Below are positions 28,900-41,099 of a stretch of 64,000 nt of DNA, one piece after another. Origin of the DNA: an uncultured Alphaproteobacteria bacterium. GTDB lineage: Bacteria > Pseudomonadota > Alphaproteobacteria > Rhizobiales > Xanthobacteraceae. Position 1 is the first letter of the stretch, and every line of letters begins with the position of its first letter. A program made the translations under genes and the position numbers. The notes beneath the pieces are model-generated. The model searched no databases. It was given only the letters and a program-made list of their open reading frames with translations, and was not told the DNA's origin. The stretch is from NCBI GenBank assembly GCA_963696555.1, contig CAVOKR010000006.1:2660-66659 (forward strand). The letters are read 5' to 3'.

Positions 28900-29081
28900 C
28901 CGGATGAGCGACCCTCCTACGCTCGCATTGCGAGTTCCGGTGGGTGTGAGTCCGCCGATCCTCCTACGCGCGATTGCGAGCTTCGGAGGGTTCGAGTCCA
29001 CCGAAGCGCATAGCGCGCAGGTGGAAGCGCATAGCGCGTAGGTGGAAGCGCGGGGCGCGAGGGCGGAAGCGACATCCGGGC
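28900..29081. repeat. composite MITE-like repeat bounded by CCCGGATG...CATCCGGG, with internal direct repeats
   Basis: Terminal inverted repeats gcccggatgagcgac / gcgacatccgggc. Internal cctcctacgc(t/g)cgcattgcgag x2 and 21-bp tandem gtggaagcgcatagcgcg(c/t)ag x2. A related mini-hairpin lies at 29491-29516. Confidence 0.7.
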
Positions 29082-29096
29082 TACCCTTGCTGCTCC

Positions 29097-29443
29097 TCAT
29101 CGCTCGATGCCGTTCCCTTCTCCAGGGGAGTTGCCGCCGTGGAAACGGCCGAAGAGGCGCGCACTCATGAGGCCGATCAGCAGAAAACCCAGCCCCAGAG
29201 CTTGCCGTATCGGCAACGGAGCGCAGGTTGAAGTCGCCGACCTGGCAGATCAGACCGTAAGCGAGCGGCGAGGTTGAAAAAGCCCCACATCACATTGACG
29301 GTCGAAGAGGAAAGTCCCTGACCGGGCGGCTTGGCGAAAGGGCTCTGAAAGGGACGCCCCATCACCCCACTGACGAGGTGGGGAATGGCATTGCAAAGAA
29401 ACGCGCCGCCGAAGAAATATGAAATGAGAAGTGGCCAGGCCAT
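29097..29443 (-). pseudogene. small membrane protein, two frameshifts (about 29290 and 29230)
   Basis: MAWPLLISYFFGGAFLCNAIPHLVSGV..VNVMWGFFNL / ..LAYGLICQVGDFNLRSVAD / ALGLGFLLIGLMSARLFGRFHGGNSPGEGNGIER-stop, read in three successive frames. Confidence 0.4.
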
Positions 29444-30747
29444 TGTTCACGTTCCTTTCCGTTCGGCGAGCGTAGCCGGCGTAGCCCGGATGAGCGAAGC
29501 GAAATCCGGGGTCTCTGAGTTTCCGGTGGTTATCGGCGCTCGCCAAAGTTCAAAGCGCAGCCGCCAGCGTCGCACGCGTCATCCACGTCGCGGATGGAAC
29601 GAGTTAAACTGGATAAGTTGGGGAAATAGTAAGGTGTCACCGTAATCCTGGCGCTCGGCTACGTCGTGTCCACTATGGCCCCAGCCGGGACCAAGTAGGT
29701 GCGGGCACTAAGCGCTGCTCGGGGCAAATAGCCGACGTGCTACCATATTATTCTCGCGAAGCATTTTCCACCGCCGACCACTTGTCGCTCGGCAAATCAA
29801 ATACAGGAGACGAGGACCCCAACACGCCTGTCGTTCCACTCATGGAGCGGACACCAACGGACTCGTTGATTGTTCCCGTAAATACCTGCCTGCCGATTAA
29901 AATAGTAATGCCGCTTGGAGCTATGAGGCGATAGTCGCCACCGGCGCCTGACAGATCTACCTTATGGTAAGAATTGAACCTGATATACTTCGTTTTCGGA
30001 TTATCAAATTGCAAGGACCAAGTCGTTCCACACACGCTGTCCCAACATATTGGCTCCAACTCATAAAATATCAATCCAAACAGCGCAGCAAAGAAAGCAG
30101 CTGCGGTCCATATGCTGAGTTCTTTCACATTTCTTGGGGCTCGAAATGCCGATTTGCGAATATTTTCAGCCGGCTGTTTGGGCGCGTGCTTTTCAGCCTG
30201 GCTATCATTGGCGAGGTTATCATTGGGACCTAACGATGGAGACTTGCCGACGCCGAATGGAGTTTGTTCCTGGCGTGCATAATGCTCTACGCTGGCTACG
30301 TTTGCTGCAGTTTCATTTTTCGCTTCTTTACTCCCGCCTTCAGATTTTTGGGTGGAGGCCGGTTTGGGTGTGGCTTGCACGCTGCTAAGCGCTCGCTGAA
30401 GCGCAGCGATAAGCCCCTGTGTGTCGGATCGAAAACGCTCATGTGTAAGTCGGACAGCATTACGTCTGACTAAGGGTTTTAGTGTGTCAGGAACCTGTTC
30501 GGCCCGCGGCATGTTCGCCTGACCTACTAAAACGGGGATCACACGTTTGCCGGAGGCGAGCGCGGATTTTATTTCGATCCGCACGAAATCATTAGGATTG
30601 CAGAGACGTCGAGCGCCCTGCTCGTCCAGCGCATCGACCCATCCATGACCAATGATAGATATCAGGATGTCACATTGATCTACTTGCTCCTTTAGGACTT
30701 GCACAAAATCGAAGCCAGGTTCAATACTGTCAACATCCATAAATAGT

Positions 30748-33694
<2,947 letters not shown>

Positions 33695-33903
33695 CGCCGA
33701 ATGTCGTAATCGCGGCGCGCGCTACGGGCGGGGCAATCCTCTCCGCTGGCGGCAAGCGCTGCCAAGCACGTGCGGGGAGTGTCGACAGCCTACCGTGATT
33801 CGGGAGCGTAAAGGCGACTCGTTATTTGCCGTATAATGCCCGCCGAGGCGATTATCCGGGACTTGACTAGTTTCTCGGGTTTCCACTATGTTGGCTCCAC
33901 CGA

Positions 33904-34824
33904 ATGAGGGAGGCCAATATGGCCAGCGTAAAATCTGTAAAACAGCTTACAAATCAGCAGTTTAACGACATGTTCGTTACTGAGGATGATTGCAAACGCT
34001 ACCTCGTTACCCGGCGCTGGCCGGAGGGCATCCATTGCCCGCGTTGCGGGAATATTGACGTCTATCCCGTGACCAATCGGCCTTACCATTGGCAGTGTTC
34101 CAAGTGCGCCAAAGCGGGCGGTTACCGCTTTTCCGTTTTGGTCGGAACCATCTTTGAAAACACCAACAAACCGCTCCGTGACTGGTTCAAGGTCATCCAT
34201 TTGATGCTGACGAGCAAAAAGGGAATGAGCGCCCTGCAAATCCAGCGCTACATGGGCTTCGGCTCCTACGAAACCGCTCTCTCCATGTGCAACCAAATCC
34301 GCGCTGGTCTGAGCGAACACAAGCCCGACAAACTCGCTGGCATTGTTGAGGTTGACGAAACTTACATCGGTGGGAAGGACAAGAATAAGCACTGGGACAA
34401 GCGCAGCGGCGGAAGCGGCGGGGCTGGTTCTGGCAAAATCCAAGTCGTTGGTGCGGTTAGCCGCAAGGGCAATGTCGTCGCTCGTGTTCTGGAACGGGTC
34501 ACCGGTGAAACGATGGCTAAATTCGTTAAAGAAGCCGTCTCCAACAAAGTCAGCTTGCTCGCGACTGACGATTGGCCCGGTTACAATTGGGAAATCGATA
34601 AATTCCCCTGCTCGGTTGTCGATCACAGCAAACATCAATACGTTGTCGGTGCGGTTCACACGAACACGATTGAGGGTTTTTGGTCGATCCTGAAACGCGG
34701 CGTTGTCGGCACGTTCCACAAGATCAGCGCGAAAAATATGCCTCTTTACGTCGCGGAGTTTCAGTTCCGATATAACAACAGAATGAATACGGACATCTTC
34801 GGCGCGGCGATAGCACGCTGCTGA
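33904..34824 (+). CDS. IS1595-family (ISXO2-like) DDE transposase with N-terminal zinc ribbon
   Basis: ..CPRCGN..(16)..CSKC.. zinc ribbon, ..VEVDETYIGGK.., ..LATDDWPGY.., ..HTNTIEGFWSILKRG... Intact. ATG 33919 has the better SD (gggagg). Confidence 0.9.
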   Translation: MREANMASVKSVKQLTNQQFNDMFVTEDDCKRYLVTRRWPEGIHCPRCGNIDVYPVTNRPYHWQCSKCAKAGGYRFSVLVGTIFENTNKPLRDWFKVIHLMLTSKKGMSALQIQRYMGFGSYETALSMCNQIRAGLSEHKPDKLAGIVEVDETYIGGKDKNKHWDKRSGGSGGAGSGKIQVVGAVSRKGNVVARVLERVTGETMAKFVKEAVSNKVSLLATDDWPGYNWEIDKFPCSVVDHSKHQYVVGAVHTNTIEGFWSILKRGVVGTFHKISAKNMPLYVAEFQFRYNNRMNTDIFGAAIARC

Positions 34825-34843
34825 GGCGTCGATCCCGAGGGCG

Positions 34844-35863
34844 GTGGAGACGTTCTCAGTGAAAGTAGCGGATATTCTAAGCCTTATAATTGCATTTGCA
34901 GCTTTCGGCTTGATCTTGTTCTGGCCGCAAATACGCGCGTCTTTCAGAATACCGACCCAATTAAAAGCCAGAATCCAACCAGAAGACACGCGCATAGGAC
35001 ACTACAAGCAAACACATCGCCATCTGTGGAGGGCCATAAAATGGACAATCGAGACGTTGGCTGCGGTTCTCGCGTTGGCAAGCACCGTGTCCTTCTTCTG
35101 GGGCATACCGTGGCCCGTTGCTCCAGAAATCCTGCATCGCGGGTCGTCTTTTTCATCGCAGAACCTGACCACGGAGTTCACGATAAAAAACAGAGGCTTT
35201 TTTGATATGGACGATGTTGAATTGGCTTGTGGATTTGATTTGATTTACATGCGCGACGCGCTTGGAAACCAAATTATCTTTAAAGACGGCGCCTTTACCA
35301 CAGGGGTACCAGAACCCATAAAAGCCAGAAGCGCGCCATTTGTTTACGACTGCGATGCGTCGAAATTGATCAGAATCGATCGAGAATTTGGCACAATCAC
35401 CCGGAGTGGCAACATTACGTCGCCACCCGATAAGCCTTTCACACCGCCGCTGACCGTATGGAAAATTTGCATTTGGGTCGGCGGCACTTACGAAAAGTTT
35501 TTTCACCGTTGGTGGTTTACGTCCACTATTGCGCAATGGGAAAAGGGTTCTGATCAATGGGTGGAGGGCGGCGCCATTACTAACCCGCCCCAAGAGCCTC
35601 CGCCTCCTATCTCGATCTGGGAACCGGCCTTTGGCTTCTCTTACGGGCGAGGAATTTTTAAGGCCCCAGGAATTTTTGCAGATGATGCATTGACCTGTGG
35701 AAGAGACGCGAGATTCCCATTTATGCTTTATGGGGGAAAAAAGGTTCTCGATTTCATTTTTCCTGACTGGCAAACAACAGACGCGGTACAAGCTCACATG
35801 GATGAGCTTCTCTTCATCCGCGACCATCCGGCCGCGTTGGCCCCCGCAGATCGCTACCCTTAG
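34844..35863 (+). CDS. IS-borne passenger: membrane-anchored protein of unknown function
   Basis: Intact 339-aa ORF inside the IRs. Two N-terminal TM helices, Trp/Phe-rich C-terminal domain, no motif recognised. GTG 34859 is an alternative start with a better SD. Confidence 0.6.
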   Translation: METFSVKVADILSLIIAFAAFGLILFWPQIRASFRIPTQLKARIQPEDTRIGHYKQTHRHLWRAIKWTIETLAAVLALASTVSFFWGIPWPVAPEILHRGSSFSSQNLTTEFTIKNRGFFDMDDVELACGFDLIYMRDALGNQIIFKDGAFTTGVPEPIKARSAPFVYDCDASKLIRIDREFGTITRSGNITSPPDKPFTPPLTVWKICIWVGGTYEKFFHRWWFTSTIAQWEKGSDQWVEGGAITNPPQEPPPPISIWEPAFGFSYGRGIFKAPGIFADDALTCGRDARFPFMLYGGKKVLDFIFPDWQTTDAVQAHMDELLFIRDHPAALAPADRYP

Positions 35864-36424
35864 TCCCATTTTCCGTTACCTGACGGTAAAACTAGCCGCC
35901 CCTATTAGGGGGGTAAAGCGATTAAAATGAGCATTTTTGGCTAAGAAGTCAAGCGATTTTAGTCAAGTCCCGGATAATCGCTCCCGCCGAATATTGTCAC
36001 TGTAACGGAGACGTGATCTTGACATTTGTCTCCATATCCGTTACGCCATTTTCAATCTCGCTCATCAAGGACGCCTTCGGCCGAGGGTACTCTCCGATGG
36101 TGGAGCGAGTGCGGTGCCTGCGGGCGGGGCCATACACTTCGCCCTCGGGCGGCTCCGGGCATCAGTCCCCCGGCACTATGACCGGGGCGGGGAGTGTCCC
36201 CTGGGCTGGGACAGGCGAAGGTAGGTAACACCTACTCAGACCGCGTCCCAGGAAGCCTGGCCTGGAGCTGAGCCTTAGGGACGACGACTCCCTTTGGCGA
36301 GAGCCGTGGTGGGACGCCGACAGGCGAGCGCGCTTTGCAAAGCGCGAGCCGCGCCCAAAAGGTGCGGAGGATACGGATCAGCGTTTGCCGGCGTTCCGCT
36401 TCCTTTTTTCTTTCCTTTTTCTTT

Positions 36425-36532
36425 CGTCATTGCGAGCGACAGCGAAGCAAACCAGGAGGGCGGTGCGGAAACTGAAGTCGGCCAAAGGTTCTGCACTGCC
36501 AACTTGAGAGCCGTTGATCCCTCGCAATGACG
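36425..36532. repeat. MITE-like palindromic repeat (CGTCATTGCGAG ... CTCGCAATGACG family)
   Basis: 12-bp terminal inverted repeats at 36425-36436 and 36521-36532. Confidence 0.7.
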
Positions 36533-36610
36533 CGCTGTTTGAAAACTAGGGCTGCAGGCTCGGGCGCGCATGCGTTGCGGGAACGATGAGATTTGCGCGA
36601 TGGCCCTAGG

Positions 36611-36748
36611 CGTCATTCCGGGGCCGACCGCAGCGAGGAGCCCGGAATCGATAACCACAGGTGGAGCAGAAGGATGACTGCTGAGACAGTTCTGCTTGCG
36701 CGGTGGTTATGGATTCCGGGCTCGCACTTCGTGCGCCCCGGAATGACG
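36611..36748. repeat. MITE-like nested palindromic repeat (CGTCATTCCGGGG ... CCCCGGAATGACG family)
   Basis: Outer IRs at 36611-36623 and 36736-36748. Inner IRs cccggaatcgataaccac / gtggttatggattccggg. Confidence 0.75.
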
Positions 36749-36812
36749 AGGGTAGGCCCCTGACCCCAACCCTTTCCCCGCGCGCGGGGAGAGGGAGTTC
36801 GCGCCGCGCCAA

Positions 36813-36843
36813 TAAAAAAACGGGGCGGCCCGAAGGCCGCCCC
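36813..36843 (-). terminator. rho-independent terminator of the MHS transporter gene
   Basis: ggggcggcc-cgaa-ggccgcccc hairpin with a T-run on the minus strand (aaaaaaa on plus), 24 nt after the stop at 36867. Confidence 0.8.
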
Positions 36844-36866
36844 GCTGCGTTCGAATGCGTATCGCG

Positions 36867-38497
36867 TCAGATCTGCGTGATATCGCGGTCCTTGGTCTCG
36901 GGCAGGAAGATCAGCCCGACCACAAAGCTCATGCAGGCAATCGCGATCGGATACCACAGGCCCGAATAGATGTTGCCGGTGGCCGCCACGATGGCGAACA
37001 CGGTCGCCGGCAGGAAGCCGCCGAACCAGCCGTTGCCGATATGGTAGGGCAGCGACAGACCGCTGTAGCGGATGCGGGTCGGGAACAGTTCGACCAGCCA
37101 AGCCGCGATCGGGCCGTAGACCATGGTCACGTAGACGACCAGGATCACCAGCAACAGCACCGTCATCGGGTAGTTGATGTCGTTGGTATCCGCGCTCGCC
37201 GGATAGCCGTGGCTCTTCACCGCGGCCGCGATGGTCTTGGCGAGGTCAGGCGTGTCGGAGGTGATCGTCTGATCGCCGATCTTGCACGCTCGCCTTGGTG
37301 CCGGCCGGTGCGGTGACGTTGTTGTAGTTCACCGAAAGGCCGACCAGCGCCGATTTGATGACATCGCAGCCGGTGGTGTACTTCTCCGTGCCCGTCGCCT
37401 TGAACTGGAACGAGCACTCCGCCGGATCGGCCGTCACCGTCACCGGCGCGCCGGAGAGCGCCGCTTCGAGCTTCGGATTGGCGAAGTGGGTAATGCCCTG
37501 GAAGATCGGGAAGTAGGTCACCGCCGCCAGTGCAAAGCCGGCCAGCATGATCGGCTTGCGGCCGATGCGGTCGGACAAAGCGCCGAACAGGATGAAGCAC
37601 GGCGTGCCGATCAAAAGCGCAATCGCGATCATGATCTGCGCCGTGACGCCCGGCACCTTCAGGGTCTGGGTCAGGAAGAACAGCGCATAGAACTGTCCGC
37701 CGTACCACACCACCGCTTCGCCGGCGGTGGCGCCGAGCAGCGCCGCGATCGCGATCTTGGCGTTGCGCCATTCGCCGAACGCTTCCGCCTAACGGCCGCT
37801 TCGACTGTTTGCCCTCGTCGACCATGCGCTTGAACAGCGGCGATTCGGCGAGCTTGAGCCGGATCCAGATCGAGACCGCGAGCAGGACCGCCGACAGCAG
37901 GAACGGAATGCGCCAGCCCCAATCGCCGAAGGCGGCTTCGCCCATCGCGGTGCGGATGCCGAGGATCAAGAGCAGCGCCATGAACAGGCCGAGCGTCGCG
38001 GTGGTTTGGATCCACGACGTGTAATAGCCGCGCTTGTTCGCCGGCGCGTGCTCGGCGACATAGATCGCCGCTCCGCCATATTCGCCGCCGAGCGCCAGTC
38101 CCTGGACGAGACGAAGCGCAATCAGCACGATCGGCGCGAGGATGCCCCAACTGGCGTAGCCCGGCAGCACGCCGATGAAGAAGGTGCCGATACCCATCAG
38201 GCTCATGGTGACGAGGAAGGTGTATTTGCGGCCGATCATGTCGCCGAAGCGGCCGAAGATCAGCGCGCCGAACGGGCGCACCGCAAAACCGGCGGCGAAG
38301 GCAAGCAGCGCGAAGATGAAGCCGACATTGGCCGGCACGTTGGAGAAGAAATATTTCGCCAGAAACACGCCGAGCGTGCCGTAGATGTAGAAGTCGTACC
38401 ATTCAAAGACGGTACCGAGCGAGGAAGCGAAGATGACGAGTTTTTGCTCGCTCGTCATGCCTCCCGTTTGTGGTGCATTCACTGCCACCGTGGTCAT
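36867..38497 (-). pseudogene. MFS transporter, metabolite:H+ symporter (ProP/KgtP-like) family, frameshifts near 37790 and 37283
   Basis: SD aggggg before ATG 38497. ..LGTVFEWYDFYIYG..RPFGALIFGRFGDMIGRK..GLALGGEYGGAAIYVAEH.. then ..AFGEWRNAKIAI..VWYGGQFYALFF.. and ..VELFPTRIRYSGLSLPYHIGNGWFGG.. in shifted frames. Confidence 0.85.
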
Positions 38498-38789
38498 GAG
38501 CGTAATCCCCCTGTTCGTGATCGTTAGAGCTGCCTCAGCATCGCCGCCACGCGACGGAGCTGCCCAGCCGGCAAAGTTAATCGGGAGCAAACGGCCTGTC
38601 TGTCCGCCAGAGGTCTTAAGCCGAAAGTCGGGGGTCGCGCTTTGGGTGCAGTGCAGCGAAAGCCGCGGCCGGGTAGGGCGCGATTAATGTTACCAAATAA
38701 TTCAGTCGTTCAAATCGCCAGTTTTAAACGCATTGGCCCCGAGCTTTCCATAAAGTGACGGCGCTGCGTACATTGATCACGGATCGCTC

Positions 38790-39278
38790 ATGCGTCCCGT
38801 CCATGGTCCCGTGTTGGGGATTTTGTTGCTTGCCACGATGGCCGGTCCGGCGCTCGCGCAACGCGAGCCGCAGATCGTCATTCCCGGCAAGGCCGGCGTG
38901 CCGGTCTATATCAACGGCATCGACGCGTCGTGGGGCGTGGTCGAAGGCGAATTCGGCCTCGATCGCCCGGGCGAGATGGCGCCGACCGTGATCTACCGTC
39001 CGATCGTGGTTTCGGCGCCGTCGCGGGAACCTGCCTATCACCCCGAAACCGGCAAGCGTCCGGGCTACGGGCGTCTCGAGATCATGCCGCCGGCCGACCG
39101 CGTGCTGCCGCCGCAGGCGCCGACCTATTACCGCAATTGGTCGGTGGGCTCGCCGCCGGACCCGGTGACGGTTTACACGCCGCCGCCTCCGATCGCCGTG
39201 CAAGTTTCACCGCGGTTCGGGCGTCGCAACAACGACCCGAACAACAAGCCGCCGAATAACCCGCACAATCATCCGTAG
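38790..39278 (+). CDS. secreted proline-rich hypothetical protein
   Basis: Signal peptide ..LGILLLATMAGPALAQ. Pro-rich body ending NNDPNNKPPNNPHNHP. Confidence 0.55.
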   Translation: MRPVHGPVLGILLLATMAGPALAQREPQIVIPGKAGVPVYINGIDASWGVVEGEFGLDRPGEMAPTVIYRPIVVSAPSREPAYHPETGKRPGYGRLEIMPPADRVLPPQAPTYYRNWSVGSPPDPVTVYTPPPPIAVQVSPRFGRRNNDPNNKPPNNPHNHP

Positions 39279-39294
39279 TCGAGTGAGGAGTGTC

Positions 39295-39986
39295 ATGTCG
39301 TCGTATCGCGTAACCTTCGTGGCCCTGGCCGCCTTGTTCACCATCGGCATGACGTCGATCGCGTCTGCCTGCTGCGATTGGGGCTATGCGGCCCCAGTCG
39401 GACCTACGCACCGGTCACCTACGCGCCCGCTTATGGCGGTTGCGGTGTCTGCGGAACGCCGACGGCGGCTGCGGTCTATGCGGCTCCGGTCGCGCCGGCG
39501 CCGATCTACGTCAGTCCCGTGGTGCCGACCGCCTTTGGCGGCCCGTGCTGCGGCTTCGACGGCTGCGGCAATTGCGGCCCGAGTGACTGGAGCGGCGGCT
39601 GCGGTGGCTGCGGCTCGGTCGGTTATGGCGGCGGTTGCGGCAGTTGCGGCGTTGCCAATTGGGGCGGCGGAGGCTGTGGCGGCTGCGGGCGCGGCTATGC
39701 GGCGGCGTCGCTCTATGTCGTCAATCAGGGCCCGACCTATACGGGCCCGGGCGTCACGGTGCCGTATGCGACCTATTCGCCGGAAACGGCCTACGCGCCG
39801 GCTGCCGACTACCCTTACGTTCCGGGTTACGGCTACGGCCAGCCGGCTTATCCGAACTATTACGCGCGGCCCTATTACCGGCAGCGCTACGCCTATCACT
39901 CGCCGGCCTATATGCACCCGCGCTATTACGGCCCGGCTCAGCGCTATTATCGCGGCGGCGCCCCGCACTGGCGGCACTATCCGTGA
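39295..39986 (+). pseudogene. secreted Cys/Gly- and Tyr/Pro-rich low-complexity protein, frameshift in the cccc run near 39393
   Basis: SD gaggag before ATG 39295. Signal peptide MSSYRVTFVALAALFTIGMTSIASA. Continuation ..YAPAYGGCGVCG..GGPCCGFDGCGNCG..GGCGGCG..GGGCGSCG..GGGCGGCG.. then a Tyr/Pro-rich tail. Confidence 0.6.
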
Positions 39987-40019
39987 CGCGCTAGTTCGCG
40001 CGGCATCAAAAAACGCGAA

Positions 40020-40044
40020 GGCCCGCAGCAGCTGCGGGCCTTTT
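40020..40044. terminator. bidirectional rho-independent terminator
   Basis: ggcccgcagcagctgcgggcc hairpin with aaaaaa upstream and tttt downstream, between convergent genes ending at 39986 and 40048. Confidence 0.75.
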
Positions 40045-40047
40045 GCG

Positions 40048-40779
40048 TCACGCACACGCGCGCGAGGCGATGTAGAGCGCAAGCGCGGCGGCGTTCGAGA
40101 CATTGAGGCTCTTGATCGCGCCCGGAAGATCGAGCCGCGCCAGCCGGTCGCAGGTCGCGCCGGTCAATTGCCGCAAGCCCTTGCCCTCGGCGCCGAGCAC
40201 GAGCGCGAGCGGCGCGCGCAGCTCGATCGCGGCGAGATCGTCCGGCGCATTTGAATCGAGACCGACCACCAGAAAGCCGCGCTCTTTCAGTTCGGCGAGC
40301 GCGCGCGCGAGATTTTGCACGATCGCGATCGGCACCAATTCGAGTGCGCCGGACGCGGCTTTCGCCAGAACCCCCGTCGCCTCCGGACTGTGCCGCGCGG
40401 TGGTGACGATCGCCTCGACCGCAAAGGCCGCGGCCGTGCGCATGATGGCGCCGACATTGTGCGGATCGGTGATCTGGTCGAGCACCAGCACGATGCCGGT
40501 TTCCGACAGGTCTTCGATGCCGGGCGAGGGCAGGGGATCGGCCTCGGCGAGCAGCCCCTGATGCACCGCGTCGGGCGTCAGCCGCGCCGCGAGCTGCCCC
40601 GGCCGCACCACGTCCGGCGCAAGCGGCAGCGGGATATTCTCCTCGGTGAGCCGCCGCAGCGCATTCTCGGTGACGTAGAGCTTGCGGATGCGCCGCGCCG
40701 GATTGGCGAGCGCCGCCGTGACGCTGTGCCAGCCATAGAGAATGACGCCGTCGCGAGGCGTCGCCGCTGCGTCGCTCAT
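40048..40779 (-). CDS. rlmB: 23S rRNA (guanosine-2'-O-)-methyltransferase, SpoU/TrmH family (RlmB-like)
   Basis: MSDAAATPRDGVILYGWHSV....LDQITDPHNVGAIMRTA....LVLGAEGKGLR....SLNVSNAAALALY. ATG at 40779. Confidence 0.85.
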   Translation of the reverse strand: MSDAAATPRDGVILYGWHSVTAALANPARRIRKLYVTENALRRLTEENIPLPLAPDVVRPGQLAARLTPDAVHQGLLAEADPLPSPGIEDLSETGIVLVLDQITDPHNVGAIMRTAAAFAVEAIVTTARHSPEATGVLAKAASGALELVPIAIVQNLARALAELKERGFLVVGLDSNAPDDLAAIELRAPLALVLGAEGKGLRQLTGATCDRLARLDLPGAIKSLNVSNAAALALYIASRACA

Positions 40780-40992
40780 ATCGCGGACCTTCGCCACGCC
40801 CACGATCGTGATCGCGATGTGCGCGCGGGTTCGATGGCCGTTTGGACCGCCAGGGACGTTCGGGCATGGCGGGGTTCTGTCACGCAGGCCTCGCCTTGGC
40901 AATTCGGCCCGTTTTCGATTGACTAGTCTTGAAGCGCCAACCATATAGCGCCCTCGGCCGGCCTGCCGGCCGGGCACCCCTAACCGGGTTGC

Positions 40993-41078
40993 GGGAGAGT
41001 GTCCCGAGTGGCAAAGGGGGTGGACTGTAAATCCACTGGCTTACGCCTTCGTAGGTTCGAGTCCTACCTCTCCCACCA
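40993..41078 (+). tRNA. tRNA-Tyr (GUA)
   Basis: Acceptor GGGAGAG/CTCTCCC + A + CCA. Anticodon arm GTGGA-CTGTAAA-TCCAC. Long variable arm GGC-TTAC-GCC. T arm GTAGG-TTCGAGT-CCTAC. Confidence 0.95.
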
Positions 41079-41099
41079 TCCTTCGCTCTGTCCGACCCG

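Larger units (their letters stand above)
33847..35982 (+). mobile_element. IS1595-family element carrying a passenger gene, flanked by an 8-bp target-site duplication
   Basis: Perfect 22-bp inverted repeats GCGATTATCCGGGACTTGACTA at 33848-33869 and 35960-35981. Direct repeat CCCGCCGA at 33839-33846 and 35983-35990. Confidence 0.9.

Noticed and set aside
28985-29045. Tandem 21-bp direct repeats (gtggaagcgcatagcgcg..) considered as a mini CRISPR array
   Set aside because: There are only two adjacent copies with no spacers, they are embedded in a MITE-like palindromic element, and there are no cas genes.
36013-36228. 71-aa ORF in the GC-rich orphan segment
   Set aside because: It has no SD, a Gly/Ser/Pro-rich composition and overlaps strong hairpins, so it is treated as non-coding.
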